The notes under the pieces were generated by a model. It saw only the letters and a program-made list of their open reading frames with translations. It searched no databases and was not told the origin of the DNA. From contig CAVVMW010000019.1 of NCBI GenBank assembly GCA_963749495.1, positions 96,001-160,000 on the forward strand: a stretch of 64,000 nt of DNA. The letters run 5' to 3'. The position numbers and the translations under genes are program-made. Below, in pieces: positions 22,164-31,769 of the stretch. This DNA is from an uncultured bacterium (lineage in GTDB: Bacteria > Verrucomicrobiota > Verrucomicrobiia > Limisphaerales > UBA8199). Positions within the stretch are counted from its first letter, which is position 1, and the number at the start of each line of letters is the position of its first letter.

Positions 22164-22366
22164 CGTTTTCTTCGCTGCCTCAGTGGCAAACAAACGTGGG
22201 CTATCGTTCGGTAAGCCGGGTCGGAATTAAGGTCAAGACGTCGGAGATAGTTTTACCTCCTCAGCCTGGCTACGACACCGCAGGGGCAGGCAGGCGAGCG
22301 GCGGCGACCGGCTTGAGGTCATCATTGGGGCCTGCCTGAATGGCGGCCATAACAACCCAAAGCAGC

Positions 22367-23962
22367 ATGGACTTTGACGCCATCGTCGTAGGCTCCGGTC
22401 CCAGCGGTGTCGCCACGGCCTCCGCTTTGCTCCGGCGGGGACGAAGGGTGTTGACGCTGGACGCGGGACTGCGTCTGGAGCCTGAGCGCCAGACCGTCGT
22501 GGAACAGATGGCGGCAACCGATCCCTCCAGATGGACCCCCTCGCAGCTGGCTACTGTCACGGAGGGGATGGAGCCTTGCGCCAAGGGTATTCCGCTCAAG
22601 CGGGTTTTTGGCTCTGATTTCCCGTTCCGTGAAACCTCCCAATTCCCGAATGTCGCCTGCCGCCATAGCGAGATCAAGGTGTCCTTTGCCCTCGGCGGCT
22701 TCAGCAACGTTTGGGGAGCTGGCGCCATCCCGTTCTGCGCCGATGATATCAGCGATTGGCCCATCCGGATAGAAGCCCTCGCTCCCTTTTACGGCGAGTG
22801 TCTTGAAGAGATGCACTTGGCGGCAACGGTTGACGCTCTCGCGCAGGATTACCCGCTCTATACGCCGCATTGCCGCGCGTTGCGGCCAAGCCGGCAGGCG
22901 GTCGCGCTGCTGGCCGATCTGGAAGGGAGCCGCACCTCACTGGAGCGGGAGGGCGTTCGCTTCGGAGTTTCGCGGCTCGCAGTCAAGACTGGAGCACCCG
23001 ATGATCCACACGGTTGTGTTTACTGCGGACTCTGTCTCTACGGCTGCCCGTACGGCTTTATCTACAACTCCGCCGCTTGCCTCCAGTCGCTCATCGCCCA
23101 ACCGCGCTTCAGCTATCAACCCGATGTGGTGGTCGAGCGCCTGGAAGAGGCCGGCGCGACTGTTACTCTGCGGGCGCGCGGGCGCCAGTCCGGCGAAGAA
23201 CTGCGTTTCTCCGCAAGGCAGGCATTTCTGGCCTGCGGCCCCGTTGCGACCACCGCCATCCTTTTGGACTCCCTTTCGGCCTGGGGCCACCCACTGCAGA
23301 TGAAAGACAGCCAGTACTTCATCTGCCCGGTACTGCGCTTCCGAGGCACCCCAGATGTCGAACACGAGCAATTGCACACGCTGGCCCAGGTCTTTCTCGA
23401 GATTCGTGACCCGGCGGTTTCAGCGAAGGGCATCCACCTCAGCGTTTATACCTACAACAGCCTGCTGCTTCTGGCCCTCCAGAAGCGAGCCGGCGTCCTG
23501 GGCAAGCTGTTCCCGGCCTTGCCGAAAGCGCTCGCCCGCCGCCTTCTGGTCTTCGGGGGTTACCTCCACTCCAACGAGTCTCCCTCTATCGAGATCTCAC
23601 TCACCCGCTCCCCAGATCAGGCCAGGCGCGTCGTACTGCGCGGCAACGAGCCCGGCGCCAGCGCGCAAACCTTAAGCCGGTTGATGAAAAAGCTGATCCG
23701 CAACAGCCTCCGTTTTAAAGCCCTGCCACTGGCGCTGGCAGCCAACCGTGGACTCCCCGGCCGCGGCTTCCATTTCGGCGGTACGTTTCCCATGTCCGTC
23801 AAACCAACGCACTTCCAATCGGACCTTGCCGGACGGCCCTTTGGCTTCTCCAAGGTGCACATTGTTGATAGCACCGGCCTTCCGTCCATCCCGGCGCCTA
23901 ACCTGACGTTGACGGTGATGGCGAACGCGAGGCGGATCGCGGCCGCTGCGTGTCAGGTGTAA
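22367..23962 (+). CDS. GMC-family FAD oxidoreductase with CxxCxxCxxxCP motif
   Basis: IVVGSGPSG, LGGFSNVWG, CVYCGLCLYGCP, HFGGTFPM and NLTLTVMANARRI motifs. Alternative start 22340. Confidence 0.85.
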   Translation: MDFDAIVVGSGPSGVATASALLRRGRRVLTLDAGLRLEPERQTVVEQMAATDPSRWTPSQLATVTEGMEPCAKGIPLKRVFGSDFPFRETSQFPNVACRHSEIKVSFALGGFSNVWGAGAIPFCADDISDWPIRIEALAPFYGECLEEMHLAATVDALAQDYPLYTPHCRALRPSRQAVALLADLEGSRTSLEREGVRFGVSRLAVKTGAPDDPHGCVYCGLCLYGCPYGFIYNSAACLQSLIAQPRFSYQPDVVVERLEEAGATVTLRARGRQSGEELRFSARQAFLACGPVATTAILLDSLSAWGHPLQMKDSQYFICPVLRFRGTPDVEHEQLHTLAQVFLEIRDPAVSAKGIHLSVYTYNSLLLLALQKRAGVLGKLFPALPKALARRLLVFGGYLHSNESPSIEISLTRSPDQARRVVLRGNEPGASAQTLSRLMKKLIRNSLRFKALPLALAANRGLPGRGFHFGGTFPMSVKPTHFQSDLAGRPFGFSKVHIVDSTGLPSIPAPNLTLTVMANARRIAAAACQV

Positions 23963-23986
23963 GCTTCTCTTTGGCCATATAGGATC

Positions 23987-24385
23987 ATGGCAATACTCAG
24001 GTATCTTCTTTCTGGTGGCAGTGCGGCAGCACTCAACCTCGTGATCCTATACGTTCTCACGGATGTCTTCGGAGTCTGGTATCTGTTTTCTTCAAGCGTA
24101 GCGTTCATCGCCTCGCTCGCCGCGAATTATGCTCTCCAAAAATATTGGACATTCCGGAATTGTGCACGGGCTGACACCCAAAGACAAATTATCGTTTACG
24201 TCGTTTTGTGTCTGGCAAATGTACTACTAAATGGCGGTGCCATGCGTTTCCTCGTGGAGAAAATGAAAGTATGGTATGTACTCGCGCAGGCTCTGACGAT
24301 AGGAGGTACTGGCTTGCGTGAATTATACAATATACAAGAGATTCATTTTCTCAACGGTGACACGCGTTGGCAGGCTGGGTTTTAG
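23987..24385 (+). CDS. GtrA-family membrane protein (probable indel near 24305)
   Basis: RYLLSGG, NYALQKYWTF and WYVLAQ motifs. The shifted frame gives the typical end VLACVNYTIYKRFIF (stop at 24467). Confidence 0.8.
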   Translation: MAILRYLLSGGSAAALNLVILYVLTDVFGVWYLFSSSVAFIASLAANYALQKYWTFRNCARADTQRQIIVYVVLCLANVLLNGGAMRFLVEKMKVWYVLAQALTIGGTGLRELYNIQEIHFLNGDTRWQAGF

Positions 24386-24560
24386 AAACGGCCTTAGGTG
24401 CTGCGTCTGTAGAAGCAAAGAGGGTGGCTTGCATAAGTCTGGCGTGCCCAGCGCAGGTGAACCGTGACACGAGGTTGGGTGGCAATGCTCCACCGTTTCC
24501 GATTGACGGCAGTTCGAGGACCTCTACCCGCTCCGCCGCCCACTGGCCTCCGTCTCGCTT

Positions 24561-25433
24561 ATGACTGCGCGCAATGACCAACCAACGTGCCTCGTCACTG
24601 GTGCGAATGGCTATCTAGGAGGCTGCGTGACGAGGATGCTCCGGCAACAGGGCTGGCGCGTCGTCGGGATGGTGCGCTCGCCTCAGCCAGGGGACTTGGC
24701 CATCGCGTTTCAACTCGGCTGCGAGGTTGCCGCGGCGGATTTATCCGGAGCCAGGGGGATGGTTCATTGCGCCTACGATTCCTCACCTTTGGCCTGGGAG
24801 CGCACCCATCTTGTTAATGTGCAGGGCACCGAGAAACTCCTTCAGGCTGCGCGTGAGGCTGAAATCAGACACGTGGTCTATATCTCGAGCATCAGCGCCT
24901 TTGAAGGCTGCCGGTCCCTCTATGGCAAGGCCAAACTGGAGACTGAGCGTATTGCTTTTGGCGGCGGTGCTGTGGTCCTGCGCCCGGGTTTGATTTACGG
25001 TCGCCGTCCCGCCGGCATGTTTGGCCGGTTGGTAGCCCAGGTCGAGACGGCACGGGTGCTGCCACTCATGGGGGGCGGCCCCCAAATCCAGTACCTCGTG
25101 CACGATGAGGACCTTTGCCGGCTCATTTGCGCCTGTGTCGCCGGCAGTATCCCTCCGGTTGGGCGTCCCATCACCATCGCTCACGAACAGCCGTGGCCAT
25201 TCCGCCAGCTCCTGGAAGCGATCGCGTGTGCCAGGGGCAAGTCCCTTCGGTTCATTCCGGTGCCCTGGCGCTTGGCTTGGGCGCTGATGAAGCTGGCCGA
25301 AATGGCCCGGCTGAACACCGGTTTTCGCAGTGACAGCCTGCTCAGCCTGATGTATCAGAATCCGCACCCGTCCTTTGAACTCCAGCGGAGCCTGGGCATA
25401 GCCTGCCGGCCCTTTCAGTTGGACGCGCTCTGA
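24561..25433 (+). CDS. NAD-dependent epimerase/dehydratase (extended SDR)
   Basis: VTGANGYLG, YISS, YGKAK and LRPGLIYG motifs. Confidence 0.85.
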   Translation: MTARNDQPTCLVTGANGYLGGCVTRMLRQQGWRVVGMVRSPQPGDLAIAFQLGCEVAAADLSGARGMVHCAYDSSPLAWERTHLVNVQGTEKLLQAAREAEIRHVVYISSISAFEGCRSLYGKAKLETERIAFGGGAVVLRPGLIYGRRPAGMFGRLVAQVETARVLPLMGGGPQIQYLVHDEDLCRLICACVAGSIPPVGRPITIAHEQPWPFRQLLEAIACARGKSLRFIPVPWRLAWALMKLAEMARLNTGFRSDSLLSLMYQNPHPSFELQRSLGIACRPFQLDAL

Positions 25434-25643
25434 GCGGGCTGCGTCCCCTATGCCCGTGCTGGGCCAGCCGCGCAAGTTGGCGGCCGCAACCGGCCTGCGA
25501 GATCCAAGCATGTTAGTGCACCTCCCAACGTGGGGCCTGGCCGAACGGCTTGTCCACCCATGGACCCGTACGTCGGTCTGTGCGATGCCACCTTGGTCGT
25601 CGCAAGGGCAATGGCACCGCAATGGCCTCCGCCAACTAAGTCT

Positions 25644-26321
25644 ATGAACGACCCCGTCTTTATCGTTATTCCGGCCTACAACGAATCCGCTTGTGTCGGC
25701 GATGTCGTCAGCCGCCTCAGGGCTAAGTACTCACAGGTCATCGTGGTCGATGATGGCTCGGCCGACCCGACTGGCGCGGCTGCCGAAGCCGCCGGGGCGG
25801 TCGTCCTCCGGCATCTGATCAACCGCGGCCAGGGCGCAGCTTTGAAGACCGGCGTTGATTATGCCTTGGCTCAAGGGGCCGAGATCATTGTCACGTTTGA
25901 CAGTGACGGCCAGCACCAGTTGGACGACGTGGAAGGCTTGGTTGCCCCTGTCCGCGAAGGACGCTGCGACGTAGCGCTGGGCTCTCGGTTTCTGCGCCAC
26001 GAAAGCGACGTCCCATTCATGCGTAAGCTCATCCTCAAGCTGGGCGTGGTTTTCACGCGTTTAGTTTCACGGATCCGGGTGACCGACACCCATAACGGTC
26101 TGCGCGCGCTCTCCCGGCGGGCGGCTGAGCAAGTCCAGATTCGCCAAGACCGCATGGCGCATGCTTCGGAAATCCTGGACGAAATTAGCCGGCTGAAGCT
26201 CCGTTACTGCGAGGCCCCAACCCGCATCGTTTACAGCGAGTATTCGCGTGGCAAGGGCCAGCGCTCCTCTGCGGCCTTTCGCATCGTTTGGGATTTTGTG
26301 GTTGGAAAGTGTGGGTGGTGA
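25644..26321 (+). CDS. Polyprenol-phosphate glycosyltransferase (DPM1-like GT2)
   Basis: VIPAYNE, VDDGS, NRGQGAAL, TFDSDGQH, GSRF and TDTHNGLRA motifs. Confidence 0.88.
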   Translation: MNDPVFIVIPAYNESACVGDVVSRLRAKYSQVIVVDDGSADPTGAAAEAAGAVVLRHLINRGQGAALKTGVDYALAQGAEIIVTFDSDGQHQLDDVEGLVAPVREGRCDVALGSRFLRHESDVPFMRKLILKLGVVFTRLVSRIRVTDTHNGLRALSRRAAEQVQIRQDRMAHASEILDEISRLKLRYCEAPTRIVYSEYSRGKGQRSSAAFRIVWDFVVGKCGW

Positions 26322-26322
26322 T

Positions 26323-26673
26323 ATGCTCCTGATCCAGATTCTGATTGTCTCGTTCGCGCTGTATGCTTTTACGCGCGCCCTGCTCCGTTTCCGCAAGCGC
26401 GCGATCAACCTGAGCGAGTTTCTCCTTTGGGGCGGATTTTGGCTGTGCGTCGGGGTGTGCGTGCTCACGCCAGGCATCACCCAGTGGTGCGCCGACCTCC
26501 TGGGCGTCGGCCGTGGGGCCGACGCCGTCTTCTATCTCGGAATCGTGGGCCTGAGCTATGCCACCTTCCGCAGCTATCTCAGGACCCGCCGCCTCGAACA
26601 AGAGATCACGGAACTGGTCCGAAAATTAGCCCTGCGCCAAGCCGACATCGAGCGGGACCGTACCGACGCCTAG
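26323..26673 (+). CDS. DUF2304-family small membrane protein
   Basis: Three TM segments, LLGVGRGAD and LEQEITELVRKLAL, directly after a DPM1-like GT2. Confidence 0.8.
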   Translation: MLLIQILIVSFALYAFTRALLRFRKRAINLSEFLLWGGFWLCVGVCVLTPGITQWCADLLGVGRGADAVFYLGIVGLSYATFRSYLRTRRLEQEITELVRKLALRQADIERDRTDA

Positions 26674-26698
26674 GCACGTTCCTGAAGAATCTCACGTT

Positions 26699-27010
26699 GT
26701 GAGAGGCCTATTTTATCTGTGTCCTGCGCAACTGGCGGGAGCTGCCTCCCCGGGCCTTATTTGCGGCGCATCGGCCGGCTTTGGCATGGCGCTCAGCCGG
26801 CTTTCCGGAGTGCGGGTGCTGGCTGGCAAACTGCTCGTAAGTGCGATCCTGAACGGCGCGGCTCTTGCGACGTTCCTGTCCGTGCTGCTCAAGCTTTGGT
26901 TCCAGGAGACCCATTACACGCTGTGCATAGCAGCAGGAGGTATTCTCTGTTTGGCCTGGAACCGACACCTAGTAGCGAGCCGGGCTCCGGCGCCGCGGAG
27001 AACACACTAA
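26699..27010 (+). CDS. Small hydrophobic hypothetical protein or membrane-gene remnant
   Basis: Two to three hydrophobic stretches; the ORF fills the gap and stops 2 nt before the next ATG. No recognisable family. Confidence 0.3.
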   Translation: MRGLFYLCPAQLAGAASPGLICGASAGFGMALSRLSGVRVLAGKLLVSAILNGAALATFLSVLLKLWFQETHYTLCIAAGGILCLAWNRHLVASRAPAPRRTH

Positions 27011-27012
27011 CT

Positions 27013-28689
27013 ATGAGCGCGATAAACGAGAGATTTGCCCGTCCAACGGGCCCGACGATGAATTATGATCGTAAGTCCGCACCACGAAATTGGCTTCCGA
27101 TCGCATTCATCCTCGCAGTGTCAATCACTGTGAGGCTCGCTCACCTACTAGCAGGACCGATGGTGATTGAGCCCGAGGGCGCGTACTATGCGCGCGTCGC
27201 GGAGAATCTGGCCGCCGGATCAGGGTGGGTTGGAATGTACGCCCGGGGTTTGCAGCTTATATACCCACCTTTGTACCCCCTGCTCATAGCCGGCGTTCAC
27301 ATTCTCGGTCCACACGTCGAATTAGCCGCACGACTCGTCTCGCTGTTATTCGGCTCACTCCTGGTTGTTCCGGTTCTGTTGATCTCTAGGTTCATGTATG
27401 GTCAGCGGGTCTGGTACGTTGCAGCTCTGATCACTGCCATACATCCTGTCCTTGTTGGAATTTCAACAGCCGTGTTCTCGGAATCTACCTACCTGTTCCT
27501 GCTCTTTATGGGCATATTCTGCGCGATGGTCTCAGCTCGAGACTTGTCCTGTCGGAGTGCGATCATAGCGGGCGCCCTGGTTGGGTTGGCGTACATGACG
27601 CGCCCCGAGGCGCTGCTGACCGTCTGTTTCCTGTTTCTCGTTGTCCTTGTTTGCGGTTGGAATCACAAGCGGAGGGCAGGCCGAGTGGCCGTTTGTCTGG
27701 CCGCCGCGTGCATGGTGGCAGGCTCACCGTATATGTGGTTTCTGAAGATGCACACGGGACAGTTCCGCCTGGAGGCTAAAAGCGCCGACAATTTCGCCAT
27801 CGAGAAGATGCTTTCAGCCGGCATGGCACCAATACAAGCGTATCGCTTGGTAGATGATGATCTGCGGCCCATTGGTGTCACGATGCGATCGGATCTGGAT
27901 GTCATGCGCGCGACGAAGGTTAGCCTGCCGACGGCGCTTCGGCTTGCTAAGGCGGTTGCTCCGCAGACACTTCGCTATTTTGTGAGTGTGTTGTTTGAGA
28001 AGCAGGCACTTGGGGGAGTCGTCTTGATCGGCCTGGTAACGATGGGCCTTCTCCGATCAGCGTGGGATCGCAAGAGAGCAGTGCGCGAAGGGTTTGTCGT
28101 CGCGTATCTCGCGTGCTTGGTCCTGCCGCTCTTATCGTGGTGGGCCTCCACCTCTCGGTTCGCGGTAGTCTTTTTGCCGGTTCTGATCGTCTGGGCGTCC
28201 AATGGTGTTGAAGAGGTGGGGGCTTGGCTCGGAGAAACTTGGACGGGCATTTCGCGGAACCAGGAGTGCGAGCTGCGAGCTCGGGTTGTAGGGATTGTCG
28301 GTTCAGCAGGGGCGTTGCTTTTGCTCTCGTGGCTAACGGTCGCCAGTTTTGAGGATTTGCGCCCCGGTGATCCAGCGCTTAAGAGAGCCGGGCTGGAGTT
28401 GAAGAGGAGGTTTCCGACGAAAAAGTTGGTGATCATGGATATGGATCCAATCGTCACATTTTATGCTGGCGGGATCTATCGAGCGTTTCCGTATTGCACG
28501 GAGAAGACTGCTCTCCGGTACATATCTGCGAACCAGGTGGACATTATTGTGTGCCGGCAAAATGGGCAGCAGGCCATCCCTTATTATCAGGATTGGGTAA
28601 CTGCCGGCATTCCCGACGACAGAGCGAGTTTCATTTTGGGCGTGCCGAGCGCGAAGCAGGGTCGAATAGTCTTGTATGGGTGGCATTAG
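27013..28689 (+). CDS. GT-C (ArnT/PMT, family 39-like) membrane glycosyltransferase
   Basis: EPEGAYY..AENL, YPPLYPLL, ARLVSLLFG, SESTY and LAYMTRPE motifs with many TM segments. Alternative start 27058. Confidence 0.8.
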   Translation: MSAINERFARPTGPTMNYDRKSAPRNWLPIAFILAVSITVRLAHLLAGPMVIEPEGAYYARVAENLAAGSGWVGMYARGLQLIYPPLYPLLIAGVHILGPHVELAARLVSLLFGSLLVVPVLLISRFMYGQRVWYVAALITAIHPVLVGISTAVFSESTYLFLLFMGIFCAMVSARDLSCRSAIIAGALVGLAYMTRPEALLTVCFLFLVVLVCGWNHKRRAGRVAVCLAAACMVAGSPYMWFLKMHTGQFRLEAKSADNFAIEKMLSAGMAPIQAYRLVDDDLRPIGVTMRSDLDVMRATKVSLPTALRLAKAVAPQTLRYFVSVLFEKQALGGVVLIGLVTMGLLRSAWDRKRAVREGFVVAYLACLVLPLLSWWASTSRFAVVFLPVLIVWASNGVEEVGAWLGETWTGISRNQECELRARVVGIVGSAGALLLLSWLTVASFEDLRPGDPALKRAGLELKRRFPTKKLVIMDMDPIVTFYAGGIYRAFPYCTEKTALRYISANQVDIIVCRQNGQQAIPYYQDWVTAGIPDDRASFILGVPSAKQGRIVLYGWH

Positions 28690-28859
28690 ATTGGGAGGAT
28701 TTGAGTGCGGCAAAGTGGTGGCAATGGTGTGTTTTTGGAGTCGAGACGCGGCAGGCCCGCGGTTGCGGCGGAGGCCTAGTCATGTATATATGAAAGATGG
28801 ACGGGAGGGGCGGGATTGTTTTGAGAAACTGAAGGGTGAGGCGGGCAGAGACGTTTGCT

Positions 28860-29092
28860 GGGGTGGTGGCCGAGGGCAGCGCTTCTATGGAGTCAGTCCC
28901 GAGCTTTGCACGTTTGGGAGGGCGCTCCGCAACAGTTGTGGCGTATCCGCGCTCGTCGGTCGGCGCGACATTATGGGGCCTGGGGGATTGACATCGGCCC
29001 GGCGCTCCTCGTGTGCTGTCGAGCACTGGAAGCGGATGGACCGGTATCTGGGGGGCCTGCCGGTGAAACCGGCCTTCCGCAAGTTTAATTAA
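28860..29092 (+). pseudogene. Second, internally deleted HemL-like aminotransferase remnant
   Basis: GQRFYGVSPELCTFGRALRNSCGVSALVGRRDIM (PLP-lysine region, TFGK now TFGR) followed shortly by DRYLGGLPVKPAFRKFN*, matching the tail of 21834..22163. Confidence 0.65.
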
Positions 29093-29145
29093 TTGCAGCG
29101 GTGCGCGAGCGGATCAAGGCCATTACTGATAAGAGAGAGGAACAA

Positions 29146-29925
29146 ATGATGAAGGTCGTGTTGTTTTGCGGTGGTCTGGGAACGCGCTTGCGGGAATACG
29201 GCGACAATATCCCCAAGCCGCTTGTCCCTATCGGGTATCGCCCGATCGTCTGGCACGTGATGAAATATTACGCGCATTTCGGCCACAACGACTTTATCTT
29301 GTGCTTAGGCTATAAGGCCGACAAGATCAAAGACTACTTCCTCCACTACGACGAGTGCATCTCAAACGATTTCGTGCTTTCGGGCGGCGGGAAGACGGTT
29401 TCCCTGCTCGGCAGTGATATTCAGGATTGGAGGCTCACGTTTGTTGATACTGGACTTCAAACCAATATTGGCCAGCGGTTGAAAAAGGTGCGGCATCTAG
29501 TGGCTGATGAGGAGTTTTTCCTGGCGAACTACAGCGATGGATTGACGGACCTCCCGCTTCCGCGCATGCTGGAAGAGTTTAAGAAGAGCAACAAGATTGC
29601 CGCCTTCGTTTGCGCACCGCCGTCACAAACGTTTCACGTCGTCAAGCTAAACGGCGGCAACAATGTGGCCAAGATTGTGCCCGTTCGGGAGTCGGGGATG
29701 CTGGTGAACGGGGGATACTTCATTTTTCGGAAGGAGATTTTCGATTATATTCACGAGGGCGAGGATCTGGTTGCTGAGCCGTTCGCGCGACTAATCGATC
29801 AAGACCTTGTCATGGGATACACGTACGACCGTTTTTGGTCCATGGACACCTTCAAAGAGCAGCAGGAACTGTCGGACCTTTGGCTGCGAGGGGGCGCGCC
29901 GTGGGAACTGTGGAGGGCGAGTTAA
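29146..29925 (+). CDS. rfbF: Glucose-1-phosphate cytidylyltransferase
   Basis: KVVLFCGGLGTRL, PKPLVPIG, LGYK, VDTG, NYSDG, NGGYF and FWSMDTFKE motifs. Confidence 0.88.
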   Translation: MMKVVLFCGGLGTRLREYGDNIPKPLVPIGYRPIVWHVMKYYAHFGHNDFILCLGYKADKIKDYFLHYDECISNDFVLSGGGKTVSLLGSDIQDWRLTFVDTGLQTNIGQRLKKVRHLVADEEFFLANYSDGLTDLPLPRMLEEFKKSNKIAAFVCAPPSQTFHVVKLNGGNNVAKIVPVRESGMLVNGGYFIFRKEIFDYIHEGEDLVAEPFARLIDQDLVMGYTYDRFWSMDTFKEQQELSDLWLRGGAPWELWRAS

Positions 29926-30183
29926 AGTACCTGCGAGGTTTCCCACCAAGTCGTTCTGGCGAGCATCGAAGCCGAACGCGCGACGATGAGTTCATCTTAA
30001 ATGCTTTTTAACATGAGCAACTCAGAGATTTTTCAACTATCAACCAGAATGTTGACATCCTGCTGGAATCGGTTCAAAAATGGGCAGGGCAGTGGGCTTT
30101 TACGGCGGGCTGGAAGGTTAATCGCAGGCGGTCCCCATGTTGTGCTGCAATAAACGAATAGATTATCGGCTTTTGATGGTGTT

Positions 30184-31212
30184 ATGAGAATTCTTTTCAC
30201 AGGGTGCGACGGATATCTTGGCTCATTGCTCGGGCCTGAGCTCCTGCGTAAAGGACACGAGGCCACCGGCGTGGATACGGGGTTCTATCGGGAAGGAACG
30301 CTCTATCGGGCCAGCGGAAGCATACCGCGGACGCTGACGAAGGACATTCGCAGGATCAGCATCGAGGATCTCAGCGGCGTCGAGGCGGTGGTCCACATGG
30401 CTGAGCTGTCGAACGATCCGGTAGGGCAACTGGCGCCCACAATCACCTACGAAATCAACCATCAGGGCGCGGTACGGCTTGCCGCGCTCGCCAAACAAGC
30501 GGGCGTGAGGCGATTTGTTTACACGTCATCCTGCAGCGTATATGGCATCGCGGGCCAGGATTTCGTGGATGAGGAGTCGCCCCTCAACCCGCAGACGGCG
30601 TACGCGAGGTGCAAGACGCTGGTGGAGCGCGATGTCAAGGCTCTGGCGGACGAGCGGTTTTGCCCGGTCTTTCTAAGGAACGCGACAGCCTACGGGGCCT
30701 CGCCGCGGATGCGATTCGACATAGTTCTGAACAACCTGGCCGGGTTGGCTTGGACGACCAGAGAGGTCAAGTTGACCAGCGACGGCACACCTTGGCGGCC
30801 ATTGGTGCACGCGCTGGACATCGTGCGAGCGGTTATCGCAGTGATTGAGGCTCCGAGTGAGGCGGTGCACAGCCAGGTGTTTAACGTAGGAGACACGGAG
30901 CACAATTACCGGGTGCGCGAGATTGCGGAGATCGTCGAGGAGGTGTTTCACGGTTGCCAAGTAACCTTTGGGCCCCCCAGCCCGGATAATCGGAGCTATC
31001 GAGTCTCGTTCGAAAAGATCCGGAAGCATCTGCCTGGATTCAAGTGCGTGTGGGATGCGCGGCGCGGCGCCCAGCAGTTACACGACGTGTTCAAACAGAT
31101 CAATATGAGCACGGGCATTTTCTGCCACCGTGCCTTCACCCGGCTGAAAGAGCTTGAGTACCTGATTCGAACACAGCAGATCGACGACCATTTCTTTTGG
31201 AAGGAGCCGTGA
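30184..31212 (+). CDS. NAD-dependent NDP-sugar epimerase/dehydratase
   Basis: TGCDGYLG, AELSNDP, SSCSVYG, YARCK and LRNATAYGASPRMRFD motifs. Confidence 0.88.
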   Translation: MRILFTGCDGYLGSLLGPELLRKGHEATGVDTGFYREGTLYRASGSIPRTLTKDIRRISIEDLSGVEAVVHMAELSNDPVGQLAPTITYEINHQGAVRLAALAKQAGVRRFVYTSSCSVYGIAGQDFVDEESPLNPQTAYARCKTLVERDVKALADERFCPVFLRNATAYGASPRMRFDIVLNNLAGLAWTTREVKLTSDGTPWRPLVHALDIVRAVIAVIEAPSEAVHSQVFNVGDTEHNYRVREIAEIVEEVFHGCQVTFGPPSPDNRSYRVSFEKIRKHLPGFKCVWDARRGAQQLHDVFKQINMSTGIFCHRAFTRLKELEYLIRTQQIDDHFFWKEP

Positions 31213-31736
31213 GGATCATCAGCACCCAATTTTCAGGCGTGTTTATCATTGAGCCAGAGAGGCACGAAGACGCGCGTGGGTTTTTCGCGCGGACGTTTTG
31301 CGCTCGGGAGTTCGGGGAACGGGGGCTGGCAGCCAACTTCGTGCAGTGCAGCGTGTCACTGAGCCATAAGCGGGGCACCCTGCGGGGGCTTCACTACCAG
31401 CGGCAGCCGGCTTGCGAGGTCAAGCTCGTGCGCTGCAGCGCGGGCGCTCTCTGGGATGTGATCGTTGATCTGCGGCAGGGTTCTCCAACTTACCTGCAGC
31501 ACCTGGGTGTGGAGTTGACCGCGCGGAATCGGCGAGCGATTTATGTCCCGGAGATGTTCGCTCATGGGTCCCAGACCCTGGAAGAGGATACGGAAATCTT
31601 CTACCAGATCAGTGAATACTACGCTCCAGAGGCGGCCTTCGGGCTGCGCTACAATGATCCGAAACTGGGCATCCAGTGGCCGCTGCCGGTCGTGGCTGTA
31701 TCCGAGAGGGATGCGAACTGGCCCTTGCTCGGCTGA
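31209..31736 (+). CDS. rfbC: dTDP-4-dehydrorhamnose 3,5-epimerase family
   Basis: DARGFFAR, GTLRGLHYQ, VDLR.GSPTY, FAHG.QTL and YNDP.LGI.WP motifs. GTG start overlaps the upstream stop. Confidence 0.88.
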   Translation: MRIISTQFSGVFIIEPERHEDARGFFARTFCAREFGERGLAANFVQCSVSLSHKRGTLRGLHYQRQPACEVKLVRCSAGALWDVIVDLRQGSPTYLQHLGVELTARNRRAIYVPEMFAHGSQTLEEDTEIFYQISEYYAPEAAFGLRYNDPKLGIQWPLPVVAVSERDANWPLLG

Positions 31737-31769
31737 ATTCGCATGCCCGTCCAGCGTTTTGAGAGAGAT

